From positions 1,364,001 to 1,428,000 of the forward strand of contig JANJGN010000036.1 in the NCBI GenBank assembly GCA_026770705.1: DNA of 64,000 bases. The letters are read 5' to 3'. Shown here piece by piece: positions 23,201 through 35,539 of the stretch. The notes beneath the pieces were generated by a model that saw only the letters and a program-made list of their open reading frames with translations, searched no databases and was not told the DNA's origin. The position numbers were made by a program, and so were the translations under genes. Position 1 is the first letter of the stretch. Each line of letters begins with the position of its first letter. This DNA is from Isurus oxyrinchus. Lineage: Eukaryota.

Positions 23201-24809
23201 GTTTCTCTGTTATGAAACATTATTGAGAGTATTCTTACAATACAAATAAAGCAAAAACATCCTTTCAAATTGATCTAGAGGGAAATGCAAGCAGATTCAA
23301 TAAGTAGATTCAAGAAGGAATTGAAAAATCGTGGGAGCAGAAAATAGTGGCAGCGATATGGAGATAGAGAAAGGTGTATTGGGACTAATTGCATAACTCT
23401 TTCAAAGAACTGGCACAGATACAATGGGCTGAAGGCCATACTTCAATGTTTTATCATTCTATGCTTCTATGAAAAGCGCTTGTGGGAGTAAATAATCTGA
23501 CCGGTGTTTTAACTGCTTTCTGGTGTTAATATGTAACATGTTTCCCAGATTCAAGGCGGCCCCTACTACGCCTCCCTGGACGTGGCTTCATTGGACAAAA
23601 GATTTAAAAAAAAGATGGGCCCGCAGATGAGGTTCTGGGTGGTTTCTCTCCGATCAACTATGGAGGGGACAGGATTTGCCAAAGGACCTATAGCCTTGCG
23701 GAAATATACATGCAGCCAAGAGACTCCAATCAAACAATTAAGCTTTTCTCATACACCCGCCAGAGCTTTCAAAGAATGTCTTAGGATAAATATAGAAGTT
23801 GTCTTGATTGTTAATAACAATATTCCAGTGTTATTGTTAAACTCAAGGTTGAAACAAACACTGAGAAAAGACTAGGGAGTTTCCTTAGTTTCCACAGATC
23901 TTTTCTGCTGATTCTGAAAATGCAGCTACTAACAGGACGTCTATTTCCTGACAATTGTATGTATGTGAATGAAATAAGTTGTTCTTAAATTATAACGATG
24001 CAACAAATGTTTTTGCTGATTAATAGCTCAATTATAATTAAATGTCATCTAGATAAAACTGCAATATCTGTTGAACTAACAATATCAGTCCTGGGATGAT
24101 ATGTTGTTATGGTGCATTCCTTTGTCTGAGATGTGATGTGTTTTTAGCATTTACTGAATTAGAACGCAGGAGGAGCGGGACACGGTCAGTGATGAAAGAA
24201 ACTTGTGATAGCTCCATTTCTCTTTTACACAGTGTCTCTTGGCTCCTGTTTAATTTTAAACTGACATGTCAGAGCTTTACCGTGAATGTTGCAAGGGGAT
24301 CTGAGGAGCGGGGGTAGAAATCTGGATCTCTTTCCCACAGAAAGCTGTTGAAGCTGGTATCCACTTCATTGTGTTATTTAAGTGCATTAAGGGATAATGA
24401 AACAAGGTGAAAGGCTGGCGTACAGTATGTGAAGTTCGATTTTTTAATATTTTTGGGGACTTTGGTAGTGTTTNNNNNNNNNNNNNNNNNNNNNNNNNNN
24501 NNNNNNNNNNNNNNNNNNNNNNNNNNNNNNNNNNNNNNNNNNNNNNNNNNNNNNNNNNNNNNNNNNNNNNNNNNNNNNNNNNNNNNNNNNNNNNNNNNNN
24601 NNNNNNNNNNNNNNNNNNNNNNNNNNNNNNNNNNNNNNNNNNNNNNAAATTGAAGAAAGTTAATAAAGACAGCTTGTCTGTGGGAACTGAGAGATGCAGT
24701 ATGCACTGTGCAAAATCTCCTACACTCATATGACAGTAGCTATGTATGTTAAACCTTTGATTAAAATTCAGTGAAATACATGCTAGGAAACAATTCTGTT
24801 CATAGTTAC

Positions 24810-26833
24810 CTTCTTTATTTCTGTCCATGCTCTGGAATCCGTCAGTTCCGCATCATTGTTCGTCTTGCCTGCCAGAAACTGAAATTTAAACGGAGTCGAA
24901 ATAGCCACAGTGAAACAGCTGAAAGTGAAGAGTTGAAATGGATTTAAACAACACGCTGTATTAACACATCATGAAGAAAGGGCGAGAATGATACCTTTAT
25001 GGGGTGAGATGATGAGAGGTGGGAGGAGGTTCGTGTGGGGCAGAAACACCAAATCGGAGCTGAAGGGCCGAATGCACTGCTTCTGTGCTGGACGTTCTAT
25101 GCAATACAAAACATGACATTGGGGAATCGAGAGAGAAATTGTTAAACAAAAATATGTGTTTTCATTTAATAATTGACATGTCAAAAATAACTTATCACGC
25201 TAAATACGCTTCTTCCCCAACTAGACCGATGTACCTAGAAACTCACAAATCTAAACACTGAAACGATGAGCTTTCTGACAGCGAGATAAGGGTTCTGCAA
25301 ATGACAAATGGTCACAAGAAATGGGGAGTTTTAATGTAAAAATCGATATTGCTAACACATAGGACGCACCTTAAATAAACAAGGCAACTTTGAATAGCTA
25401 CCTCTCTGAGGTGAGACACTTTCACTTGGAAGATTATCACAAGAATTCAAACTGAACGGCACAGGTGCAGAGAGCGCCGCTGCTTCAAGTTTCCTCCTGG
25501 ATTATTATATAATTCCTGATGGCGCAGGCCCCGTCCGGCTCAATTGCCCTGGAATCTCTGTCCCTGCGGATCCGTCCCAGAAAAATTCCAGTGTACGGCA
25601 AAGGGACCGTGGTGCATACCATTCACCAAACGCACCAAAATGTCCCTCCCAAGGGAAGGAATTTCAGCCTGTGACGGACTTAGGAGGTTGATTGTTGGAG
25701 AATATGGCTACGGGGCGTTAAGGTTTGATCACTATTGGCCACAACGTCCTGATTATTGACGTTGCAATGCGTTAAATAGTCGTAATTTTTACCTCTGATG
25801 AGTAATTTGCAGCCATTTCGAAACGAAAACGGCATCGAACTGAACTCCTTAGTTGCACAATGATAAATGGCCGAATCACTGGGCTGGACACCGCAATGAA
25901 CAGTGAATAGAGAGTCAATTTTTTGATTACTTCTCCCGAAAACCTCCCGCTTGAAGGCTTCCATTTAGTCACGGTGAAAACTAGTTGCAGATGCGTCCAG
26001 TGGCTCCCTTTACACCAGTGGATAGGCCCCGCACCCACCAACCATATACCCCACCACCCCACTCTCCCAACACTCACCCCCAACCCCCTGCCAATCAAGC
26101 CGTGTTACAGTGCACCTGGTAGGTACTTTCAAGGGACAAACTCTGAACTGCCGGAGCCTGGGACAAAGCTGCCTTAGATACAATAACTGAGAGCTAAAAA
26201 ATAAAGACAATGGGTTCTGTCATGGAAGAAAGAAAGATCATGTTTCTTATGAAGAGGCGGTTACAACCGTAAAATATATAATAGACCATCCACTCGTTAA
26301 TAAATGCTAATGGAGTAAAACATTGAGGGTTACATTTGCAACAATAACAGGAGCAAGAACGGAAGAGGCTCTTCGGGGGCAATGAAGGACCTTTTTTGAA
26401 GTGTGGTCTCTATTTCACATAGGAAATACGGCAGCTGCAACTGCGACCCACATTACGTTTTGAATGATATTGTTTGAGGGATAAATATTGGTGCTAGGGA
26501 TACAGGGGGCTCCGCGGCCGCCCCACTCCCCTCCCTCCCCTCTTTCCTCTGCTAATATTGGCCTTGGGTCCTTTTGATCCCAAAGGGGTAGGAAGAGTTT
26601 CTCAGTATAACGTTCCATCTGATAGATTGGAGAATGTTCATATCTGATTGATTTTAATCAGGTGGAAATAATTCAGTCCATTAACATGAAGGTAATGTAA
26701 TACAATATAGGTATGGGTGTAGTTTTCCACTCGGCTGACTATATCAGTGGTCTTAAACCAGTCCAAATGCGGAGCGAAGAAGGCACAAACCTAGAAACAG
26801 AGGCAGCAACGCACTGGACACAAAGAAGATCAT
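24810..26833 (-). pseudogene. Subfamily A VJ-C1 IgSF receptor pseudogene A2 (leader 26791-26833, VJ 25793-26186, C1 ~25402-25707, cyt1 24810-24868; no TM exon found)
   Basis: Leader MIFFVSSALLPLFL|gt (43 nt, phase 1). V has ALSQAPAVQ..HC..IHWCK..VQPSDSAIYHCATKEFSSMPFSFRNGCKLLIR with a stop and frameshift. C1 has SPTINLLSPSQAEIPS..HW..ALCTCAVQ with lesions. Cyt1 GKTNNDAELTDSR is homologous to A3 cyt1. Confidence 0.85.
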
Positions 26834-27369
26834 GGTCTCTGATCCCGGTCCGGTTGCTGTGAGATTTGCACTATCTCTTCAATCGGATGTCTCTGTCCTC
26901 GGCTCCGTGCTCGGAAGACGTGATGAAAATGCACATTCTTCGGTAATTACGTGCAATGTTTAAAAAAGCGCACAGGAAAATTCAGCGCGGTGTAAATTTT
27001 AGTTGAGGGTTTCCTGTTTAAGGGTTAGGAGACCACACAAGGCTCTGCCTGTAAAGATTAAACACGCTACAGTTTGTGGTAAACAAGCATTACAGGCGGT
27101 GTGCAGTCCAGGCTGGGTAAAAGTGGGGACAAAATGCAATGGCGCTGAATTCAACAACATTACTGCTTGTGAAATTGGCGTGGGCAGGGAGCGAATGTCC
27201 CTCATTCTGCGTGTTCATTTGAATTGACCACGCCAAAATTAATTTATTCTGGTTTTACAAAAACACACCAGATTGGAGAAAGCTAAAATATGAAGATATT
27301 ATTTTAGTAATTGGTTCACGCAGAATCTGTCTTCCTGACTGTCTCTTTGTGTCAGTATTACTCCTGTGG

Positions 27370-27800
27370 ATCAGCGGAGCATCAGGCATCTGCTCTGTGG
27401 GGTGCTCCTGCTGCACACGAAACTCCTCCCACCCACTCTACATCTCACCCTATCAACATATCCTCTATTCCTTTCTCACCCGTGTTTTCATCCTGATTCC
27501 CCCACCAATCCATCTCTGCAATTCACCTTGGTCACTCCCTGTGGGAGCGAGTTCCACATTCTCCCCACTATATGAGTAAAGAGGTTTCTCCTGCATTCCT
27601 GATTTATTTATTGGTGACTATCTTATACTGATGACTCCTAATTCTGGTTTCTCTGCCATAATCGAGAACATCTTCTTAATGTCTATCATATTGAATAAGT
27701 TCATAAATTTAAAGACCTCTATGAGGTCACCACCTCGGCCTCCACTTTCCTAGAGGGAAGAGCCCCGGCCTGCTCAACCTTTGCTGATTATTATAACCTC
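27370..27800 (-). mobile_element. CR1-type LINE 3' end
   Basis: Reverse-complement CR1 tail (gagttccacattctccccact..aaagacctctatgaggtcacc..tttcctagagggaagagcccc). Confidence 0.65.
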
Positions 27801-29169
27801 GAAACCGGGAAAATATATATCATGACCCGACGCAAACCATTCAACCTGGTGTCTATTAACCCGCATTTTGTGATATCGTGAATCATCCAGGTACCGCAAA
27901 TGTGTGGAATATCGGTGAATCAGATTCACTCGCAGAATAATCCACGACTAACATTTAAGGCAATCTGTAGGGCAACACATGTATAAGATCTTTTACCTGA
28001 ATTATATTGAGGAATAAATTATACCAGTGAACATTGTCAGAGTGTAATAATTGGCCAAAGTCCACAAATCCATCATTAAGATATTTGATCCCGTTAGATC
28101 TTTCAAACCAGTTTAATTTTCCCTTGAAGGACTCATTAACTATTTCCTGTCAAATAGCCTCCGAGCAGATTAATTATTCACTTTAAAAATACTCAAACTT
28201 GGATCTGAATTGGGTTATTCAGTTCATCAACCACCTTCTCCGGTGGCAACAGAGTGTGTACCTGATTGTGTTTCTCCCTCATTGGCAGCTGCCCTTTTGT
28301 ACACGTGAGGGGCTGATGTTAAGAATCTACGTGAGCAGAGCTTCATTCCTGTGACTCCGCAGGTAGTTTTGCATTGTAAAATATCCACATATCCAATCAA
28401 TTCCACTCACCACCCGACCCACATCTGAAACTGGTGCTATCAATGCCTCATCAATTCTCAACACCAACCCACCACCCCCAATCCCGCCCCACAAGATGCT
28501 GGTCACACAGTGAGCCAGCCAGTTTTATTGATCACAGTCTATCACATAAAGCTTTCCTAACCCCACTCTTCAGGAACTCGCTTTGAGATCTTCTACCAAA
28601 CAGACGCTATCTCTCAGATGCCAACGGCAAGTATCCATCTCCAGTGCTCCGATTCTCCTTCTAACGTTTCTCTCCCCAGGCTCACCATGTACATTCAACA
28701 TTTCATACACGCAATCCCTTTCACTCACTCAGTCGTCACCAGTATACAACTGATTCACATGCTCACAGTAAAGAGCTACATGCGATCAACTGTCTCCTTG
28801 GACCATCCAGTTCCTCACAAGCCTAACCCGCATAAAATTTGTTTTCTGCACCTTTCTTCCCTTTAAGCTTGAAGTTTGGAGCCTTCCTCATCTTCTCACT
28901 CTTAACTTCATTTTGCAAAGACCTTCTCTAAGTTCATGTTCTTCATTTGATTAAAAAATCATCTTGGGTCTTCCTCCTGTTTTAGTCTCACCCTTTGGCC
29001 TTGAAAGCTTTCAGTTTTTTTTTTGGGGGGGGGGAAATGTGCGCTCTGCAGCCCCTTCTCCAAGTAACTGGAGTCTTAGCTTCAACTTCAGCTTGGGAAT
29101 TGCCATCTGTCCTTTGCTCTCCAGTCTCTCACTGGCAGCTGCTTTCAAGTGACCTCGAACTGTTGCTTC

Positions 29170-29282
29170 CTCTACCTCTCTCTATCTCTCTCTCTCACTC
29201 TGTGTTTGTGTGTGTGTGTGTGTGTGTTTGTGTGTGTCTGTGTGTGTATGTACGTATGTGCGTTTGTGTGCCTACGTGTGCG
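29170..29282. repeat. (CT)n/(GT)n microsatellite
   Basis: Visible dinucleotide runs. Confidence 0.85.
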
Positions 29283-31917
29283 AGATCCTCCCTCCCAGGA
29301 CCCCTGTCACTCGGCAACAGGTCTGTTTTTACTTCTCTTATGATTGCTTTACATTCTCTTAAAGAACAATAAAACACATTAGAAATGTAAGTATAAAAAT
29401 ATCTTGAGAGCTGCTGCCTCCGCTCAAAAATGAAACTAGGCCCCAGGTTTAACCTTTTGCTCCAAAAATAGAGAATAATATAAATCAAACAGAAACTTAA
29501 AATGTACCTTACACTTTAACAAACCCAAATGCACATATAACGTACTTAAACTATCTCAATTCCCTAACATCAGCCATGATCAGTTCGAATGCCAGATCCA
29601 AACAGAGGAACAGAATGGCTCCAATGTGCCTGCAGGATTAAGAAGTCAAGATATTAAAGGGACTGATTTCTGTGTGTCGATGACACAAAGAGTGATCAGC
29701 ACCATGAATGGTTCTCTGGATGGGGAAAATAGAGGGGTGGTTACGAACCCCCTGAAGTTTATCTTGGAAGAAACAGATGTTTTCTTGCAGGTTGAGGAGG
29801 ACAGAGCCTTGCCAGATGGAAGAACTATGCTAATCACATTGAATTTTCCATCTGCATCTTGTAAAAGATTTGTTGAAAACATCTCCAAATATCAGTGCAG
29901 ACGGAATCTTCACAGCAGAATGTATCGGTTCTGATCAGGTAATGTTTCTATCTGTGGCGAGCAGGAATCACAAGGCATTCTGAAGATCAGAGTTTAATCA
30001 CGAACAATAATGCCCAATAATCAACACACCAAGCGTTTGCAGACCAGCCCTTTTAATACTGATGAAATCAAAAGTGTGTTGGAAACAGACTACATCATTT
30101 CAGTGAAATATCACCTCAAAAATAGTTATGCATTTGACTGATCTTCTAACGTGAGGAACGAATTGTGTTCACGTTTGCGAATTATTAACATCTCCAGCAT
30201 GCCATATTAACATCTCCAGCAAGCCGCTTTCAGTTACAGCCAATGAGGAGTGCTGTAAGCAGGATAGATACACGCATTTAATGGGCGGTTTGGTAAAAGA
30301 CAACAACTCTTTGGGTCATGAGGAGGCGGCTGGGGTGTGTGGCGAAAGGGCACATTCAAAGAGCTGGTACAGGCGTGACATGCCGAAATGTTCCTCTGGT
30401 AGCCTAAGAATCTTCAAACCAGTGATTTTAGTCCGTAAAATCCACTCAAGTTTATTATCAAAATAGTGGATGTTTTGTCAATAATCTTTCAAGAATGAAT
30501 CTCAATTTTTTCCCTCCCAGGACACAACCAGTGAAGGCTCGTGGTCCACTAACACTGCAGCTTTCATATCAATGCAGCCCTAATCCCCATCCAGTGCCTG
30601 TCGGACCTTAACACTACTTCTATCCTGCTTACATTCGCTCTATAAATGTCTTCGTAAATTGGCCTCAGTGATACCCTGAGCTGACCTGGTCTGAATGATG
30701 AAAAAATCACACTGAGCAGTCACTGGTTTTGAAAACTGTTTACATAAATAGGTAACTCGAGCAGAGGTGCATTCTAAACCGTTTTTGCGTGAAATCTTTC
30801 TGAAATAGTGAATAAAGAAGTAGAATGCAATAAAAAAAACATGAAAACCAAGTAACAGAAACCTGAAGATGCTGGACTGAAAATACAGGTAATATTTCAT
30901 CACTAGAATAGCGGGCATTAAGAGATAATTCACTTTCTGCTTTGTGCAAAATCACAAAATTGCTCCACGTATGCTCCAGAATTTGCACCGGTTGGATTTT
31001 CACATTTTCCCTCCCAACAGAGGAATCCTTCTACAACACGTCATGTTAGGGAGGTAGACTGTGAGCTTTTTCCTCTCCAATCAGAGTGTCGTATCCTCCT
31101 TAAAGGCCAAGTGGGCATAAAGTGTCTTTGGAGAAACAACAAGAACCGAATCTATTGATATAACAAACACCATTATCATAGGGATAGGAAGAGCCCTCCC
31201 AGTCTTTTCAATTAAATCATGGAGGATCTGCAACATAACTCCATTATACCCACCTTGGTTCCATAATCCTTAATCCCCTTACCCAACAAAAATCTATTAA
31301 TCTCAGTTTTGACATTTCCAATTGATCCAGCAGGTGCAACAGCTTCTCAGGTTAGAGATTTCCAGATATGCACTCGTTTTTGAGTCAATGAGTCAATGTT
31401 CTTCCTGCTTTCACCCCTGAACGAGCTGCTCTAATGTTAACGTTCAGTCTCTTGTTCTGGATTCCGTCCTCCCCAACCCCAACAGGGATGATAGCTTCTC
31501 TCCGTTGAAGCTATCGTATCCTTTGACCATCTTAAAGTCCTCGGTTAGATTATCCCTTAATCCTGTACACGCAGGCATTGAAGCCTGTTTCTGCTATCAT
31601 GTAGTGCCCACTGCACAATGTTTTCCAGGCTTACATAACAATAACAATGATATTTAAACCTTGGGTTAAAATTCAGTGAAAATGTGTCCGCTTGGAGTGA
31701 CAACAACAGTTCCATTTTTTACTTCTTCATCTCCTCGTTGTTCTCTGGACTTTGTCAGTTCCTCATCAAAGTTCATGCTGCCTGTTAGAAAGTAAAATTT
31801 GAATTGCGCATAAATGGTTACAGTTCACACTGAACCGGCTGAAAGTGTCAATAACCCACAGATAAATGGATGGATTGAGGGCGCCACAGAGTTACAGCAT
31901 CTCTCAAAAATCACTAC

Positions 31918-32043
31918 CTGTCAGCCGGATCCTGCAGTTCCTTCTCACGGCCAAAAGGATCATTCCCAGAAGGGGAACAGCCACCGCCATCAAACTTCCG
32001 GAAGTGAGAAAGTGAGGGTGGTAGATACCAGAGAAACAGCAAC
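31918..32043 (-). CDS. A3 transmembrane exon (neutral TM, membrane-proximal CC)
   Basis: GCCFSGIYHPHFLTSGSLMAVAVPLLGMILLAVRRNCRIRLT; 126 nt, phase 1-1, donor gtagtg. Confidence 0.7.
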
Positions 32044-33521
32044 CAAAAAAAATATTAAAATCCCAGTTTTAAAAATTGTGTGGACTTAATTAAACAAGAG
32101 AAATGTTGCGAATTTAAATGTTTGATTTCAACTGAAAAAGGAAATAGATTGTGTTGCGTACTTCATCATACAATGCTGAAATAGAGCAGAGATCTTACAG
32201 AACAATGTTGAAACAGGACAGAAGTAGAAAGAGATATAAAGAGAAGGAGAACTAGAATGTTAGAGAGATGGGGAGATGGATAGCAAGAGAGAGTAGAGAT
32301 CTTATAGACCACTGCTCAAACACGGCATAAATAGTAAGATAGGGAGAGTTGAAGAGACTGATCGAGAAAGCAGATATATGTCACAAAACAAATTAACTAT
32401 GATGGAAAGACATAGATAAAGTGTTAGATAGAGACATGTCTAATGATAGCGAGATAGAGACAGACAGAGAGATAGAGGGAGAAAGAGAAATGGAGTTATG
32501 GAGAGAGCGAGAGAGCCATAAGTAGATAGATAGATGTACTAGAAGTGTTATACCGCACCATTTAACGGCAGTAGAAATGGATAAGGTAATCAGAGGCAGA
32601 AAGAGATAGATAAGAAGAAGGGTCAATTAATACATCAATATAGACGACGGACGAGATAGACAGAAAGTGACAGACAAATTGAGAGTGTGGCAGACAGAGA
32701 CAGAGGCAGAGAGAGGCAGGATGGTGTGAGAGGAAGCCAGAGAGAGAAAATCAGACAGAGACCCAGACAGGCAAACAGACTGATGGGGCAGATATATAAA
32801 ACTGCTCTANNNNNNNNNNNNNNNNNNNNNNNNNNNNNNNNNNNNNNNNNNNNNNNNNNNNNNNNNNNNNNNNNNNNNNNNNNNNNNNNNNNNNNNNNNN
32901 NNNNNNNNNNNNNNNNNNNNNNNNNNNNNNNNNNNNNNNNNNNNNNGTAAACAGATAGGCAGGCAGATAATGAAAATACCTTGTACCTCACTATTTAAGT
33001 GAGACAGAGAGAAATGTTGTAAATGCCACGCTGATACACAGGTGAACAGATAACCTTTCACAGGCATGGTGAGACAAAGTGCCATACTGGGAATGCAATC
33101 ACACCTTTCAGCTTTGCACACTGACAAATGATCCAGTGGCATGGAACCATGTCAATAAGCATAGCCAGACACAGGAACACATTAAATAGGAGCAAGAGAC
33201 TATTCAAAGCTAATGCACCATTCAGCGAGATCATGGCTAATGTTGTACAGCAACTGTACATTCCCACACTATCCAAATCCCTTATTCCCTTAGTGCACAC
33301 AAATCTATCTCAGTGACTGAACATCCATAGCTCCCCCGGGTACAGAGAACAGATAGAGTTAAAATTTCGGAATGCTAAACTCTAAGAGATCTATGATAGG
33401 TCAATGAGAAAATGATGATACATGGACTCACTCGGAAAGATGGAGAACTCTATTTTGCAAAGTTGACAAAGCCTCCCATTAGCATTGTATAGATTGGTAA
33501 ACGGTCACTAATAGTAGCTAC

Positions 33522-33827
33522 CTCTTTGAGATGAGACGTTTGAATTGAGAAGGTTTTCAATGGAGTTGATTTGAGCGGTGCAAGTACAGAGAGCGCCGCT
33601 GCTCCAAGTTTCTGCTGAGACACTCGTGTAACTCGTAATGGTGTAGGTCCTGTCCGACTCAATTGTCCCGGAATCGGTCTGTCCCTCGATATCCCGCCCG
33701 GAAACATCCCAGTGGATGGGAAAGGAATCGGGGGACGAGCCTCTGATCAAACACAATAACGAGACCCTTTCCATCGAAGGAATCTCATCCTCCGACGGGG
33801 TGAGGAGGGATATGGTAGGGGAGCCCT
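33522..33827 (-). CDS. A3 C1-set Ig exon (open frame)
   Basis: SPTISLLTPSEDEI..VSLLCLIRG..FPIHW..DRTYTITSYTSVSAETWSSGALCTC resembles IgL/TCR constant domains; canonical splice sites. Confidence 0.85.
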
Positions 33828-33929
33828 CTAAATTTGGGAAACGAAACAGAAACCCCATTAACAGCTGAAACCAGAGATGTTTAATTGCTGTAGAAAAACC
33901 CAATGCAATTGAACAATGAGGACATTTAC

Positions 33930-34268
33930 CTGTAATCACTAACTGGGAGCCATTTCCGAATATCAAAGCCAGGTCCTGGTGGTTCTCCGTTCCACAGTAA
34001 TACATTCCAGAATCATTCCTTAGTGTGTCCGCAATGAACAGTGAATAATAACCCGCTTTGGGAGAAATCACGCTGGAAAACCTACCGTCTGCCAGGAGGT
34101 ACTTGTTCGCTGTGTAAACCAGCATCATGTCGTTTCGCTCCCACTGTCTGTACCAGAAGATGTATTCAGCTACTGAGCTCTCCGTTTGGCAGCTCAGTTT
34201 AGCGCGGCTCCGCGCAGGGAGTGTCTGAACAGGCGGAGACTGGGACAAGACAAGCTGAGACACAATAA
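33930..34268 (-). CDS. A3 V-set Ig exon with germline-joined J (FGNG), open frame
   Basis: LSQSP..AKLSC..IFWYRQ..GRFS..YSLFI..NDSGMYYCGTENHQDLALIFGNGSQLVIT; canonical phase-1 splice sites. Confidence 0.9.
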
Positions 34269-35485
34269 CTGAGCAAGAGAGAAAAAAACAAGAGTCATCT
34301 CAGGTTATGGTGCAACCGCCACCCCGCACCCGCACACCCTCTCTCCTGAAGCCTGTCCCTGGCGAAGACATCCCGATAGGGAAGAGGCACGCTCTTTTTT
34401 AAAACAAATAGCCCATTTCGAAAAATCGCACAGAATCGGGTGTTTGAGCTGGTTTATTCCTGTCTTTCCAAGGGCAGTACGAGTCCATTCGCCAGTAAAT
34501 CTGGTTTAATCACTAGGGTACACACATGGGAATTGTGTGAAGTTAATAAATTGAAAGAGCTGCTTTAAATCTAAATTTTGCAAATCTTTTATTTTTCTTT
34601 CATCCTCTCTTCGTTTCCTGTACTTCTCCGCTGACGTTGGGCATTTTGTTATGTTCCGGAGATTATAACTCACTCTAATGATCCACTTGAAACTCTGTCC
34701 TCTTCTCAATGGCCAATAAAGTTACTGGAGCTAACTCACATCTTTTATGCCAGGAGAGGTTATATTTCGGACTAATTCCCCTTATTGATACTGACGAATG
34801 CACATTTTCCTTATTGCTAACTACATTCGTTCTATTTGTACATCGAACTTGATAACTGAATTGCATCTCAAAGAACTGCACAGAACAGGCGGAGGCCATT
34901 CGTCCCATCAAAGTGCTGGCAGTTTGAGAGATCAATCCAGTTAGTTCCCGCTCCATCCCCAACACAACTCTCCACCGGCTCCTTCCCCCGTTTCCCTGCA
35001 AATGTTTTCCTTCCACATATTTATCTAATTACCTTTTTAAAAGTTCCCATTGAATCTGCTTCTATCACCTTGTCAGACAGATCGTTCCAGACCACAAGAT
35101 CTCGCTTAGTTAAAAAAAAATCGTCTCCCCCACTGTTTGCTTTTTGCCTATTATCTTCAATCTTTTTTCCCTCTGATTTCCTGTCATCCTGCCAGTGTAA
35201 ACAGTTTCTCTTAATTCGCTCTATCCCAACACTTACTCACTCTGTCTGAACATATTGGGATATCTCATCCTGGAAGAGATGGGACAATGCATACACACCG
35301 AAGATGCTCATTGTCCTTGACTTCAGGCAGTCAGACTTTGAACCGCCAATCCGAATCTCACTGAGAACTCGCTGTCGTTCTCTTGGTATGAAGGACGTCT
35401 GAAGTACACATCCTGGACGGCGTTATGTGTTTATTCATAGATACACGATAGGGATTTGAATATAGTGCCGAGATCGACATCTGCC

Positions 35486-35498
35486 TGTGGTTTTCCTG
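35486..35498. promoter_or_regulatory. Composite RUNX+ETS site upstream of A3
   Basis: tgtggttttcctg, 175 bp upstream of the A3 ATG. Confidence 0.55.
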
Positions 35499-35539
35499 TT
35501 TATTGCAGGTCGACGTGCTTTCAATCCACTCATCATTTG

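Larger units (their letters stand above)
19321..23630 (+). pseudogene. Subfamily B VJ-C1 IgSF receptor pseudogene B2, inhibitory type (leader 19321-19375, VJ 19664-19990, C1 20081-20398, TM 21487-21588, cyt1 21687-21717, cyt2 21951-21997, ITIM-like exon from 23549)
   Basis: Leader MTKEYIFLMLIFQVLRTY|gtgagt, intact V exon, TM WCCLALPVFITVLVILVLLLAVISI, tail GGPYYASL. Lesions: TAG at 20308-20310 in C1, TAG at 21564-21566 after the TM, a frameshift in cyt2, and GG instead of AG at the C1 acceptor. Confidence 0.88.
31081..35311 (-). pseudogene. Subfamily A VJ-C1 IgSF receptor A3, near-intact, inhibitory type (leader 35269-35311, VJ 33930-34268, C1 33522-33827, TM 31918-32043, cyt1 31723-31781, cyt2 31081-31125)
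   Basis: All six exons are open and phase-compatible: MSIFGVYALSHLFQ-VIVSQLVLSQSP..FGNGSQLVIT-EGSPTISLL..-GCCFS..FLTSGSLMAVAVPLLGMILLAVRR..-GSMNFDEELTKSREQRGDEE-TLYAHLAFKEDTTL*. The leader donor is AT (GT in A1) and the TM acceptor is TG, so it is a probable young pseudogene. Confidence 0.85.

Noticed and set aside
24200-24280. A2 final ITIM exon (minus strand ctc tga cat gtc agt tta)
   Set aside because: The position fits, but similarity to A3 cyt2 is too weak to support, and it has a stop and no tyrosine.
33508-34263. 251-aa ORF as a single-exon gene
   Set aside because: It starts at GTG inside the V exon and reads through a canonical GT-AG intron; it is part of the multi-exon gene A3.
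33930-34268. Rearranging TCR/Ig locus (V segments with RSS)
   Set aside because: V and J are contiguous in one exon and no heptamer-spacer-nonamer flanks any V. Each gene has its own C1 exon, and where seen the tails are multi-exon, unlike TCR or IgL.
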